Below, piece after piece: positions 46,497-55,986 of a DNA stretch of 64,000 bases. Source of the stretch: a virus (taxonomy: Duplodnaviria > Caudoviricetes); IMG/VR virus record IMGVR_UViG_2899595130_000003. One strand, given 5' to 3'. The notes under the pieces were generated by a model. That model did not search any database, had not been told where the DNA came from, and worked only from the letters and a program-made list of their open reading frames with translations. Position 1 is the stretch's first letter, and each line of letters starts with the position of its first letter. The translations under genes were made by a program, and so were the position numbers.

Positions 46497-48370
46497 GCTA
46501 CCTTTTGTTTTAATTCTGACAATTTCTTTACCAATGCTTCACACAATGCGCGGGCCATGTTAACTTCAACGGCATTTCCTATGAATTTCTTTTGGTCTGC
46601 CTGGGAGCCAACCAAAACGTAATCTTCCGGAAAGCCCATAATGCGCTTAAGTTCCGGTATGCGGAGCATCCGCATTTTGATGTCTACAATACCATAGAGA
46701 GCCATGAACTCCTTAATTTTTCTGGTCATGGGGCTGTCTGTCTCGTAGATTTCAATCGCTACCTGTCCGGATTCGGTTGCCACCAAGTAAGGTGGCATCT
46801 TGTCCATGCGTGCTATCAGAGTAAAGCAGGGATTGTCCACGGAGCCGCCCGCACTGTTAAACTGTGGGTTCATCAGGTAATGCCATTTTCGATTTGCCGT
46901 AATGGTCCGATGCGGTTCCTCAATACTGCTTCCAATATTAGAGAAAGCGGTATTCATTATCCACGGCTTGCAACTTACAAGGTTATATTTAGGGTTGGCG
47001 GTAATGCACCCTAATGGGCTTTCAGGAGATGTCGGCTTGCTATGCCCGTACTGTTGGTCTATAAATTGGGGAGTAATTAGATTCTGCTTCGGAGTGGTAG
47101 TAACAGCCGGACACGGAGCATTAACGTCTGAAACCTGACCGCCTCCTGAATACTGGTTCATAAAGAAAGGAGACACAAGGGAAAGCCGGTCTTTCGTCAG
47201 GATGGTAGGACAAGGCTGGTTAATGTCTTTTCCTGCATCTTTGAAGTTGTACGAACACATGAAATGACTATCAACTAACGCAAATCGGTCTTTGGTTGTC
47301 AGTGTAGGGGCAGGAACACCAACAGAACTATTATGGTCTTTACCTCCATAATAGGCGGTTACAAACGCGTGATGGTCTTTGCAGGTAATGGCCCCCGCCG
47401 GTTCTTCTACCGATACATTTTTGCTTTCGGGATGACCGCTGAACTGCTTAGACAGGAAACTTACCTGCACCTTTGCAAAACGGTTTTCAGTAGTCAATAC
47501 TCCGCATGGTTCATCAACTGATTTACATGTGTCTTGGGGACGGACCGTATTGTAACGGGAAAGGAAAGCATCTTTTCCACCTGCCACGAACTTAATCAAA
47601 CCGGCGTAAATACGTTCAAGCGTTTTTTCGGCCAGTGGCTTGTCCCGGAAGATTGTAGTACCTTCATCCGAAAAGTCAAGCACATCTTTAACCGGGCGCC
47701 ACTTCTTCAACGTGGTGAACATGTCCTGTCTGCCTTCTTTACAGTGTGTAGGCTGCGGGAAAACTATCGGCAACCCGTTCTTTGCGAAGATGCCGAAAAA
47801 ACGCTTTCGCGTGGTATAGGCTCCGAAGTCGGCGGCATTCAAAATACGGTGGTCGAAATCAAATCCGTATTTTTTTACATTATGTACCCACTTCTGGTAA
47901 AGACGGCCCTTATCCATCGAGATGGGTTTTCCGTTTTCGTCCATGTCTCCCCATGACATAAACTCTTCTACGTTCTCAATCTGAATGTAGTCCGGATTAA
48001 TGGATTCAATGTAACGGAAAAGATGTTCGGCCAACGTCCGGCTGTCGGCATCACGCGGTTGACCACCTTTGGCTTTTGAGAAGTTTGTGCACTCCAGGCT
48101 GGCCCACAGCACTACAAGCGAATCGGAATATTGAGCCTTGCATTTGTTCATGTGCTCAACCAACGGGGAAAGTTCCAATGTACGAATATCTTCGGTGAAG
48201 TGTAACGCGTCCGGATGATTGGCCGCATGACTGGCAATCGCATTTTTATCGTGATTTACACAGGCTATCACTTTTGCGCATTGCTCTCCATTGTATCGCG
48301 CTTTCTCAACTCCGGTACTGGTACCTCCTGCGCCACAAAATAAATCAATATATAGTAAGTTCATAATCAC
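46493..48370 (-). CDS. DNA cytosine-C5 methyltransferase
   Basis: DLFCGAGG, ASLECTNFS, IENVEEF, T.RKRFF, R..GFP..Y, IGNAV; internal P..T.TT repeats. Confidence 0.92.
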   Translation of the reverse strand: MIMNLLYIDLFCGAGGTSTGVEKARYNGEQCAKVIACVNHDKNAIASHAANHPDALHFTEDIRTLELSPLVEHMNKCKAQYSDSLVVLWASLECTNFSKAKGGQPRDADSRTLAEHLFRYIESINPDYIQIENVEEFMSWGDMDENGKPISMDKGRLYQKWVHNVKKYGFDFDHRILNAADFGAYTTRKRFFGIFAKNGLPIVFPQPTHCKEGRQDMFTTLKKWRPVKDVLDFSDEGTTIFRDKPLAEKTLERIYAGLIKFVAGGKDAFLSRYNTVRPQDTCKSVDEPCGVLTTENRFAKVQVSFLSKQFSGHPESKNVSVEEPAGAITCKDHHAFVTAYYGGKDHNSSVGVPAPTLTTKDRFALVDSHFMCSYNFKDAGKDINQPCPTILTKDRLSLVSPFFMNQYSGGGQVSDVNAPCPAVTTTPKQNLITPQFIDQQYGHSKPTSPESPLGCITANPKYNLVSCKPWIMNTAFSNIGSSIEEPHRTITANRKWHYLMNPQFNSAGGSVDNPCFTLIARMDKMPPYLVATESGQVAIEIYETDSPMTRKIKEFMALYGIVDIKMRMLRIPELKRIMGFPEDYVLVGSQADQKKFIGNAVEVNMARALCEALVKKLSELKQKVA

Positions 48371-49020
48371 CTCCTGCTTTCCCCCGTAACGGCTATTTTG
48401 TTAAACATCTCTTTCCGCCTGTCACGGATATAATCATCGTATATCTCACCAATTTTGTTAGCGTCACAGTTGGTCGTGACGTATGTTTTTAACCCGCTGG
48501 TCTGCCAATAGCTGTACCGAACATGAAGTATGTGTTGCATGACATTCATTTTTTGCCCGTAGTAGGCCGATGGTATCGGTTCTCGCCCCAGTTCGTCAAA
48601 ACACATCGGAACCGGAGAGGCGGCAAAGCCATTTTCATTCAACAGGTATTTATCCAGATCACCACTTAAGGCATATTCTGTGGTAACAGAACTACAGATG
48701 TACACCTGAAAGCCTTGGCGAAGACTTTTCATGAACTCGGAGAAAACGTACATCAGTAAACTTTTCCCGGTTCCCACTGGTCCTTCAAGCCACAGTCCTT
48801 TACGAAGGTCAAGCTCTCCGGGTAGTCCTAAAAAGTAGTTGAACAAATCACCAACCAGTTTTTTATTCCGGTTGTCGATGGTAAAAATTCCTTTCGTACA
48901 ACTTCGTGCCACGCGCAAGAATTTCATCTTCAATTCGTATTCCTCGCTGTAAGAAAGTTTAGTCTTCTCCATAGGCGGGTTGTTCCGGTAAGCTGCCCAG
49001 GTTTCCATTACTCCTTGCAT
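48367..49020 (-). CDS. P-loop ATPase, DnaC/helicase-loader-like
   Basis: GPVGTGKS, FDELGRE, TTN, Y...I.DR..EMFN. Confidence 0.8.
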   Translation of the reverse strand: MQGVMETWAAYRNNPPMEKTKLSYSEEYELKMKFLRVARSCTKGIFTIDNRNKKLVGDLFNYFLGLPGELDLRKGLWLEGPVGTGKSLLMYVFSEFMKSLRQGFQVYICSSVTTEYALSGDLDKYLLNENGFAASPVPMCFDELGREPIPSAYYGQKMNVMQHILHVRYSYWQTSGLKTYVTTNCDANKIGEIYDDYIRDRRKEMFNKIAVTGESRR

Positions 49021-49795
49021 CTTTTTTCCCTTTCTCTTTTAATTCGATTTGTAGCCAGGATGCAAAATGATGTTTGGCATCCCATATGGATTTAGTTCTT
49101 TCTCCCCGGTTTTGAAGTACCATGAAAAAGTTATTTAGGTATTTTGCTAATTGATCTTTGGAAAGATGGTTATTCATACAAAGCACCTCAATCCACATTT
49201 GGTCACTAAATAGTTCACTTTTGCATTCTTGCAAATCTTTTTCATAAACATTAGGGGGATAAGGTGAGGGTGAAGCACCGGAAGGTGCGCTTTTCTTTGT
49301 ATCTCCGACAGGAGATATTTCTTTACTTTTCTTTCCTTTTCTTTCCTTTTCTTTTCTTGTTATGGATTCAACTTGATTTGTTATATCATTGTTATCATAA
49401 TTTCCGCCATTTGTTATATCATCGCTATCGCACCATCTATTAGCCATCCCTTTCTTTCCCGCATTAGAGCGTTTTCTTGATTTTTCGTCTTTGATTTCCA
49501 TTCTTCTTTTGAAGCTTTCGGAGTAGAAGTACTTACCGTCTTCGGTAAAGACAAATAACCCAAAATCTTCAATGACAGATTTGATAAGCGAAGTATCTTC
49601 ACGAAGGTCAAAAGCTATCATATTATAATCTTTGACACTCATGTATTCAGGCTCCTCTCTTAAACGTTCTAAAATCATAAAGAAAACGCCATATCCGGCA
49701 GCTTTATGCTTCATACGCAATCGTATCAGTTTATCCGAATTGCGCGCGTTGCTATCATGGGAGAAATAATTGCTTGCGCTTTCTCTTTTAGCCAT
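48959..49795 (-). CDS. Replication initiator (DUF4373/Lin1244-like)
   Basis: YFSHD.NAR...K...LR......GYG.F..ILE; low-complexity linker; C-terminal HF..WL. Confidence 0.8.
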   Translation of the reverse strand: MAKRESASNYFSHDSNARNSDKLIRLRMKHKAAGYGVFFMILERLREEPEYMSVKDYNMIAFDLREDTSLIKSVIEDFGLFVFTEDGKYFYSESFKRRMEIKDEKSRKRSNAGKKGMANRWCDSDDITNGGNYDNNDITNQVESITRKEKERKGKKSKEISPVGDTKKSAPSGASPSPYPPNVYEKDLQECKSELFSDQMWIEVLCMNNHLSKDQLAKYLNNFFMVLQNRGERTKSIWDAKHHFASWLQIELKEKGKKDARSNGNLGSLPEQPAYGED

Positions 49796-49797
49796 TC

Positions 49798-50142
49798 TTA
49801 CTCTTCAATAAATCGGGGAATCGGGCACCAGAAAGTGACATCTTCTCTTTTGCAATAGAAGTCATCGCCATCTTCATAATCCCAGCGATTATGATACTCA
49901 TTCCACACAAGCAATTTATCATGCGGCTTAACCAATACACATTGTCCGTCTTCAGGCATACTGTCTGGTTCCGGACCAACTTTTCTCCATTGATGGGATA
50001 ACATAAATTCTGCACCAATAAAACAGCCTTGCGTATATCCTAATTCGTATAATTGCTTTTGAATGGCATCGGATATTCCCAATTCTTTACTCGCTTTAGA
50101 AGCTTTCTTCTTTGCGACTTCTTTAAATTCTTCGATTGTCAT
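49798..50142 (-). CDS. Hypothetical protein (DUF551-like C-terminus)
   Basis: W......P......VLV...VTFWCPIP. Confidence 0.55.
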   Translation of the reverse strand: MTIEEFKEVAKKKASKASKELGISDAIQKQLYELGYTQGCFIGAEFMLSHQWRKVGPEPDSMPEDGQCVLVKPHDKLLVWNEYHNRWDYEDGDDFYCKREDVTFWCPIPRFIEE

Positions 50143-50242
50143 AATAATTAGTATTAAGTTGTTTATCACTTGTAAAGATAACTATTTATTGCATTAAATA
50201 CAATTTTAAAATACTGAATATCAGCTACTTAAACATTATTTA

Positions 50243-50686
50243 TCAGTAACCTTTCCGCTGTAAAGCCATATCCTGTTTTGCAAAGGATATTTGCGTTCTG
50301 ATATTATCACCAGCATGTACAAGGGTTCGATTTATACGGTCGAGCCAAGTAACAAGCTGATTAGCAGTAACGCTTTGTGCCGAAACAAATTTCATTGCAA
50401 CAGTAGCAGGAACGCGGGAAATGAACTCCATGTGACTTGCATATACGTTTGCTGCAACTTCGTCCTGATAGGCTTTAGCATCTGCAAGGAGCTTGCCGGA
50501 ACGAGCGAGATAGACGTTTATGTCAGTAAGTCTATCTATGAGTTCCTTGGGATTGTCACTTGCCGTAGTTTCGAGGAATGACTGCATCTCTTCTATCTCT
50601 TTGATGATAGGGATTAACGGACAGTTTGCTACGTTGCAGTTGCCGGCTCCGTCATTCTTAGGACAATATTTACAGTTTATATCCAT
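50243..50686 (-). CDS. Hypothetical protein
   Basis: ORF track. Confidence 0.6.
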   Translation of the reverse strand: MDINCKYCPKNDGAGNCNVANCPLIPIIKEIEEMQSFLETTASDNPKELIDRLTDINVYLARSGKLLADAKAYQDEVAANVYASHMEFISRVPATVAMKFVSAQSVTANQLVTWLDRINRTLVHAGDNIRTQISFAKQDMALQRKGY

Positions 50687-50693
50687 ATTATTT

Positions 50694-51014
50694 TTAGATT
50701 TCCCATAAATGCCAACAGCATTCATGTACGTTTACAAACTCCTCACGTGGAGGGAATATCTGTGCGATCTGTATATCGTTTGGCATGAACCTGTACCGTA
50801 TGTCTTTTAATTGTTGATAGCCTAATGGAAACTTTGCACTTACGGATAAATGCCATTTTCCTTCTTCTATTGCTATTATTAGAGTAGTGCCTTTATACTT
50901 GAATACGCCGGTGGAATACACCCCATATTTGTCATTTACTTGATGCTCTTTGATATGGAAAAGATGTGATTTTAAACCATCTTCCTTGTATTTATAAAGT
51001 TCTTCGTTTGTCAT
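50694..51014 (-). CDS. Hypothetical protein (WHLSVS...HLW family)
   Basis: WHLSVS...P...QIFPP.EE.VNVH..C.HLW. Confidence 0.65.
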   Translation of the reverse strand: MTNEELYKYKEDGLKSHLFHIKEHQVNDKYGVYSTGVFKYKGTTLIIAIEEGKWHLSVSAKFPLGYQQLKDIRYRFMPNDIQIAQIFPPREEFVNVHECCWHLWEI

Positions 51015-51421
51015 ACATCATTCAAATAATCAGTTATCTCTTTCATAAATTCATTCAGTGACCGACAAACAACATACTTGTTGCCGGTTACTTCTACTTC
51101 CTTTTGCCACATTTTCTGCGTTTCAGATTGCCTGCCTGATTTGGTTTTCATTTCAACGCAGAGGGCTCCGTATTGCCGATTTCTTTTTAATAATATCAGA
51201 TCGGCTACGCCAGCGACAACTCCTTCTTCTTTCAATATAGATCCTGTTTTTATATCGCGCCTTCCACCATTAGGGATAGCAAATAAAATATTTCTCAATT
51301 TTGGATATTTCAACCGGAACCAATTGACACATGCGACTTGCGTTTGATGCTCCTCGTCAGATGGAGGCTTCCGTGTCTTCTTTTGTTGATACATCTTCTT
51401 CAACTCGTCGTACGTCATCAT
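51011..51421 (-). CDS. VRR-NUC domain nuclease
   Basis: E...Q...V.W, AIPNGG.R, EGV.AGVADL, VEMKT..GRQS..Q. Confidence 0.9.
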   Translation of the reverse strand: MMTYDELKKMYQQKKTRKPPSDEEHQTQVACVNWFRLKYPKLRNILFAIPNGGRRDIKTGSILKEEGVVAGVADLILLKRNRQYGALCVEMKTKSGRQSETQKMWQKEVEVTGNKYVVCRSLNEFMKEITDYLNDV

Positions 51422-52055
51422 ATTTTCCTCCTTTCTCGCTTGTAATGATTGGTGTCGATCCTTGCGTTTTATCAATGGTGGTAGACAGTCCACCTGCCGA
51501 TATAGTTATTTTTTCACCTTTTGGAATACTGTCGACAAACTTCTTGACCTCTTTTTTCAAAAATGTGCTACGTTTAGACGGAGACATTTCTTTATGACTG
51601 ATATCAGGCTCTTTGTCCTCATTTGCTTCGAAAGGGAAAATATCCATAATCTGGGTTTCCGACACGGAAGCGATAGTGTAATCTGCCAGAGTCCCCTTCA
51701 TGCCTTCCTCCAATACGGCAATTGCTTCTTTCAGACTGGATGCTTGAGCCAACATATTAGCGGCTGTTTTCTTCTCAGCTCCTACTTTTTCGTCGAGAGT
51801 AATGAAATAGACTTTAATCTTATAGAAGCGGTCACCGTTTTCATTGAAAAATATTTCAGAGTATCGTTTACGTGTTACATCAGCGACAGTAAACTCGCCG
51901 GAAATGAAAGGACGAACCTCTTCGATGATACGGGCTTCTGCCTCCGTGAATGACAGGGCATCCACTAAATAGGGTTCCGTCACTTTCTTTTGCATTCCGT
52001 TTTCGAGTATCTTTTCAAAGGATACTTTGCATTCAAACCAATTGTGCATTGCCAT
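51357..52055 (-). CDS. DUF4494 domain protein
   Basis: WFECKV...KKVTEPYLVDALSFTEAEARI. Confidence 0.9.
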   Translation of the reverse strand: MAMHNWFECKVSFEKILENGMQKKVTEPYLVDALSFTEAEARIIEEVRPFISGEFTVADVTRKRYSEIFFNENGDRFYKIKVYFITLDEKVGAEKKTAANMLAQASSLKEAIAVLEEGMKGTLADYTIASVSETQIMDIFPFEANEDKEPDISHKEMSPSKRSTFLKKEVKKFVDSIPKGEKITISAGGLSTTIDKTQGSTPIITSEKGGKYDDVRRVEEDVSTKEDTEASI

Positions 52056-52057
52056 AA

Positions 52058-52423
52058 TTAATCCTCCTCTTTTTTGTCTAAATCTCCATTATAAAATTCA
52101 TTCAAAAAACTATTTGCTTCACGCTGAAAACGGTTCATCAGTTCTCGAATCATTTTACCCTTAGTAAAGGCATCGTGTTCTCGGTATTTCATTGACGGAA
52201 ATACGACAGTAAATCGCATGTGTGTCCCATTTTTGTCCCAGCCGGATAAATAACGGGTTGTATCACTCGATTTTACGCCATATTCAATCCGTGCATCCTC
52301 CACTTCTTCAAGGGCTTTGTCATCTACATTATACTTTTTCCATACGTCCCAATCATAAATTGAGGTTGCCAACTTCTCTGTAAAAAATGGCACTGCTTCT
52401 TTCTTTAGTCTGTATCTTTTCAT
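52058..52423 (-). CDS. Hypothetical protein
   Basis: ORF track. Confidence 0.6.
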   Translation of the reverse strand: MKRYRLKKEAVPFFTEKLATSIYDWDVWKKYNVDDKALEEVEDARIEYGVKSSDTTRYLSGWDKNGTHMRFTVVFPSMKYREHDAFTKGKMIRELMNRFQREANSFLNEFYNGDLDKKEED

Positions 52424-52424
52424 A

Positions 52425-52577
52425 TTAATTCAATTTATTCTTCAATTTCTTACTCATTTTCCTGCATTGCCTTGCTTTATCGAGTTCACAAGGCTTCTTG
52501 CAATACTCATCTATCAGTTCTGCACTCTTTTCAAGGAGGCGGATGAGGTTCTGCATATCCGTCTTGCATATTTCCAT
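52425..52577 (-). CDS. Small hypothetical protein (50 aa)
   Basis: Manual translation MEICKTDMQNLIRLLEKSAELIDEYCKKPCELDKARQCRK...; fills the operon gap. Confidence 0.55.
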   Translation of the reverse strand: MEICKTDMQNLIRLLEKSAELIDEYCKKPCELDKARQCRKMSKKLKNKLN

Positions 52578-52583
52578 CTTTCT

Positions 52584-53516
52584 TCATGGTAATTCAATCT
52601 TATCGAAATCAATCCCTCTCTCGTTCATAAAATCACCGAGAGCGATTATATTCTCACGTGTAGTAGTAACCTTGAAAGCACGAGTTAGAATGTCTTCCTG
52701 CGAAGGGATCGGCTTCGTTATAGGTTCTTCAACAAAAGCAGGTTGCTCATGTATTCTTTGGATGGCTCTGCCAAAAGGATTAACCGGACGTGTTTTAGGC
52801 TGTTCGGCTTCAGTTTTCTTGCGTATTTCTTCCGCTTCTCTACGTTCCAGTTCAGCTTTTATCTTTGCTTCTTCGGCGGCTTTGGCACGTTCACGCTGTT
52901 CTTTCAAGCAGTTGGCGTATTGGATGGTGTTATTGATATTCAAGGTGTCCATGTAATAGATACGAAGAACATCAAAGTCCTCTCCAAAGCCTTGCAGGGT
53001 AGCAAGTTCATTTTCAACCTTGGCGAATGTGGTGTCAATATCGACACAGACAGCTCGGTAGCTTGCTGATTTGTTGAGCCATTCGGGTTTGAATACCTTA
53101 TTGAAGTCAACAAGGTTTGCGTTCATTCCATCAAAATAGGTCTTGATGGTAGCCAGCTTCTTATCCTTATACTGTTGCTCGTTCTGCTTAACCACTACGT
53201 CAATTTTAGCAGAGCAGTCACCAATCAGTTTTACGGTTTCGGTGATAACCTCTTTGAACTCGCCGAAAGGCTTCATAAACTCTTTCTCTATTTCAAGACG
53301 CTTGGCATTGAGTGCTTTTGCTGCCTTGTTGAGTGCTGCCTTATCTTTCTTTGCTTGGTCGATGTTATCATCTGTGTAGTTGGATATATCATACTTTGGC
53401 AGATTTGCCATTACAATATCTCTGATTTGCTTTGCGTTGGTAGTAAGGCTACCTAACGTCTTTTCGCTAACGACCAGTTCGAGGTCGGTTTCTTGGATTG
53501 CTAATTGTGTATTCAT
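52584..53516 (-). CDS. DUF1351 domain protein
   Basis: AKKDKAALNK...R.EI.K....PF..F coiled-coil pattern, WLNKS. Confidence 0.8.
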   Translation of the reverse strand: MNTQLAIQETDLELVVSEKTLGSLTTNAKQIRDIVMANLPKYDISNYTDDNIDQAKKDKAALNKAAKALNAKRLEIEKEFMKPFGEFKEVITETVKLIGDCSAKIDVVVKQNEQQYKDKKLATIKTYFDGMNANLVDFNKVFKPEWLNKSASYRAVCVDIDTTFAKVENELATLQGFGEDFDVLRIYYMDTLNINNTIQYANCLKEQRERAKAAEEAKIKAELERREAEEIRKKTEAEQPKTRPVNPFGRAIQRIHEQPAFVEEPITKPIPSQEDILTRAFKVTTTRENIIALGDFMNERGIDFDKIELP

Positions 53517-53530
53517 TGCTCCATATTTTA

Positions 53531-54199
53531 TTAGTCCCATCCACCATTATTGTACATAGACAAATCGGCAGAATCTAAATTCGTTTTCTGAATAGCTTCT
53601 AAAAGTTTTTTCTTAGTTTCCAGGCACATATTGTAACCATAACCTTTATATCGGTATGTACGTTCCCATGTGCTAATTGGGAAAGGAATATTTTCATCAA
53701 TAACCAGCCTTTTCATGTGAAGATGCTCGAAAAAATTTTCGTGATGAAGCAAGCGATATTCGTAACCGACTATTTCTTTGGATGAAAAAGGAATATCATC
53801 ATCGTCATTGTTGTTGCTATATTGTGGCTTCTTGAAATAAGCCATTTTTGCAACAGTGAAATCAAAGCTTCTAAGTATTTCCTCTGGCGTACCAAATTCA
53901 GATTCGATAAACTCAATCCAAACTTTTTCACCGTCTTTCTGAAAGGCACACACCTTTTCATTACGATATTTAAATTTCCAACCATCTTTCACATAGCTAT
54001 CACTATTGAATAAATCTACTGCATCTTGGAAGTCATTGTTACTTTCAAAGAATATATCTATATCTTTTACACGTTCACTGGAAAGGATATTCTTAAAACA
54101 CCCACCGGCAATGAATCCTTTGTGACCTTCCATGTATTTGTCAAGCCACCTGATTTGCCAAAAGTTATCTGGAGTGTTTTCTTTATAGCTTGTATTCAT
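53531..54199 (-). CDS. Pol-beta-superfamily nucleotidyltransferase-like protein
   Basis: FIAGGCFKN...KDIDIFF...FDFT...R..RY..YGY. Confidence 0.7.
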   Translation of the reverse strand: MNTSYKENTPDNFWQIRWLDKYMEGHKGFIAGGCFKNILSSERVKDIDIFFESNNDFQDAVDLFNSDSYVKDGWKFKYRNEKVCAFQKDGEKVWIEFIESEFGTPEEILRSFDFTVAKMAYFKKPQYSNNNDDDDIPFSSKEIVGYEYRLLHHENFFEHLHMKRLVIDENIPFPISTWERTYRYKGYGYNMCLETKKKLLEAIQKTNLDSADLSMYNNGGWD

Positions 54200-54633
54200 C
54201 GCTCTACAAATTTTCGTTCTTTTAAATCATACTGATTAATCTCAATGCTTTTCATTTGAGGACTGAAATAGAAGTACTTTTCAATCAGAGGGAGTAGCGC
54301 ATTAACTGCTTGCTCCTTAAACTCAGATTTATGTTTTTCTAATATCTGAGCTTCTGATTCATAATCCATTCCAAATGCAAAATCAGAAATATCAGATTCA
54401 AGATTGTCATGAATATTATCTACAATACTTTCTACTGCCGATTTTACATTATATCTTTCAACTTCTCCAATGGTAATGATATGTGAATTGTATTCATCAC
54501 CATCTTCATACTCTTCATATGCTTTATCAAACTTATCTTGTGCATCCGCAATAGCATCTTCTATGCTATGAAAGGTATTGCTAAAAGTTTCTTGATTTTC
54601 AGGGAGCCATGTATATTCTTTATTGTTTTTCAT
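54196..54633 (-). CDS. Hypothetical acidic protein
   Basis: ORF track. Confidence 0.6.
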   Translation of the reverse strand: MKNNKEYTWLPENQETFSNTFHSIEDAIADAQDKFDKAYEEYEDGDEYNSHIITIGEVERYNVKSAVESIVDNIHDNLESDISDFAFGMDYESEAQILEKHKSEFKEQAVNALLPLIEKYFYFSPQMKSIEINQYDLKERKFVER

Positions 54634-54635
54634 TG

Positions 54636-54839
54636 CTATATCTGTTTGTTTCTATTTCTAAAAGCATCGTGCTGTTCTTTAGTTTTAAGCCATTCAAGGC
54701 ATCTTCTATTGTTAGGGACAGTCAATTGTGCAACAATCCCAAGCATTTCATCGAATGATAGCTGTTCTGTACTTTTATCATTTACATGAACATCGAAACA
54801 TCCGTTATCCAATTGTTTGATTATAATATCTGGCTTCAT
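54636..54839 (-). CDS. Hypothetical protein
   Basis: ORF track. Confidence 0.55.
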   Translation of the reverse strand: MKPDIIIKQLDNGCFDVHVNDKSTEQLSFDEMLGIVAQLTVPNNRRCLEWLKTKEQHDAFRNRNKQI

Positions 54840-54841
54840 TA

Positions 54842-55312
54842 CTATACACGCTTTAAGATTCTACTATATTTATCAGCTACACGTTCAATCACTTCTGCAT
54901 TTTCTTCGGAAAGCCATTCTTTAGCGACATTCCAAGCTATACTTTTTGAAGCTTTGAAATTATCAATGCGTGTAGAATGATGCGACAATCGTCCTTCGGT
55001 AGGTTTCAATCCTTTGTCGTGAAGTTCGCATAATCCATTGTGGAAAAATGCGCAGTATTCGTCACTGGCTATGGCTTGAATCATAGGGATTGGAATATCA
55101 ATCACCCTCATTATCATGCCAGCTCCCCATAAGGTCGGAGCTAATTTATTGGCATATCCGGCATCTATAAGGTTCTCTATATCTTGCGGAGTTCCGAGAC
55201 ATGGAGTATGGCATTGCATTTTGCATAACGAGCATTTGCATTCACATGGCTTTCTACCTGTTTTACGAATAATGCGATGCAGTTGCGTTTCTTTTATTAA
55301 TAGTTCACTCAT
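54842..55312 (-). CDS. Cys-rich protein (YkgJ/Fe-S-cluster-like)
   Basis: CECKCSLCKMQCHTPC...C.F...GLCELH...KP.EG. Confidence 0.6.
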   Translation of the reverse strand: MSELLIKETQLHRIIRKTGRKPCECKCSLCKMQCHTPCLGTPQDIENLIDAGYANKLAPTLWGAGMIMRVIDIPIPMIQAIASDEYCAFFHNGLCELHDKGLKPTEGRLSHHSTRIDNFKASKSIAWNVAKEWLSEENAEVIERVADKYSRILKRV

Positions 55313-55986
55313 TATTCTACGTCAATTAATTCGTCAATAATATCGTTAGCAATACGAATGCGCTTCTCAATCATATCGAAGCATGAATAATCAGGGACTA
55401 TCCGCACAATATGTATAGGATTTCTTTGAAATGGGCAGTACACGGTGAAATCACACCAGCTTGCACCTGTAACCATCATGTGAGATTGGCATTGAAAGAA
55501 GTATTCTGGCTTAGCTATAAGCAATCCGGCATTGTCGGTAACTTCGACCTTGTACTCCATAAAAGTGTTTTGATTGGGGCATTTTACCTCTAAAGTACCT
55601 TTCTCGCCATCGTCACCATAATAATATCCATCTGGAGAAGAACCAAAGTTTTGGATGCTCGGATGAATACAAAGACCTGTTTCAACCATATTTCTACCTG
55701 TCTTTTTGATGTACAGTTTGCGAGCATTCTCTTCTTGAATATTTCCCCATTCGATAGCTTTTGATGAGAAGCCGACTTGTTGCAGGTACATTTCAAATAA
55801 TTCATCATCTTCAATAATGGAGGGGCTCATATCCCTTTCAGCAGCGAGTTGGTAGATGTATGATTTCGCTGTATCACCGAACATCTCATCTTTCTTGCGA
55901 CTGGGCTTCATTAAATCACCGACCCGGGAGCCGGTGATTTTTCCAAGGCGCTTTCTATACCATTCTAATGTGTGTTGGGCTTCCAT
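55312..55986 (-). CDS. YqaJ/lambda-exonuclease family recombination nuclease
   Basis: EW...RLG.ITGS, WG...E..AR, SSPDG, EVKCP, Y..Q.Q. Confidence 0.92.
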   Translation of the reverse strand: MEAQHTLEWYRKRLGKITGSRVGDLMKPSRKKDEMFGDTAKSYIYQLAAERDMSPSIIEDDELFEMYLQQVGFSSKAIEWGNIQEENARKLYIKKTGRNMVETGLCIHPSIQNFGSSPDGYYYGDDGEKGTLEVKCPNQNTFMEYKVEVTDNAGLLIAKPEYFFQCQSHMMVTGASWCDFTVYCPFQRNPIHIVRIVPDYSCFDMIEKRIRIANDIIDELIDVE

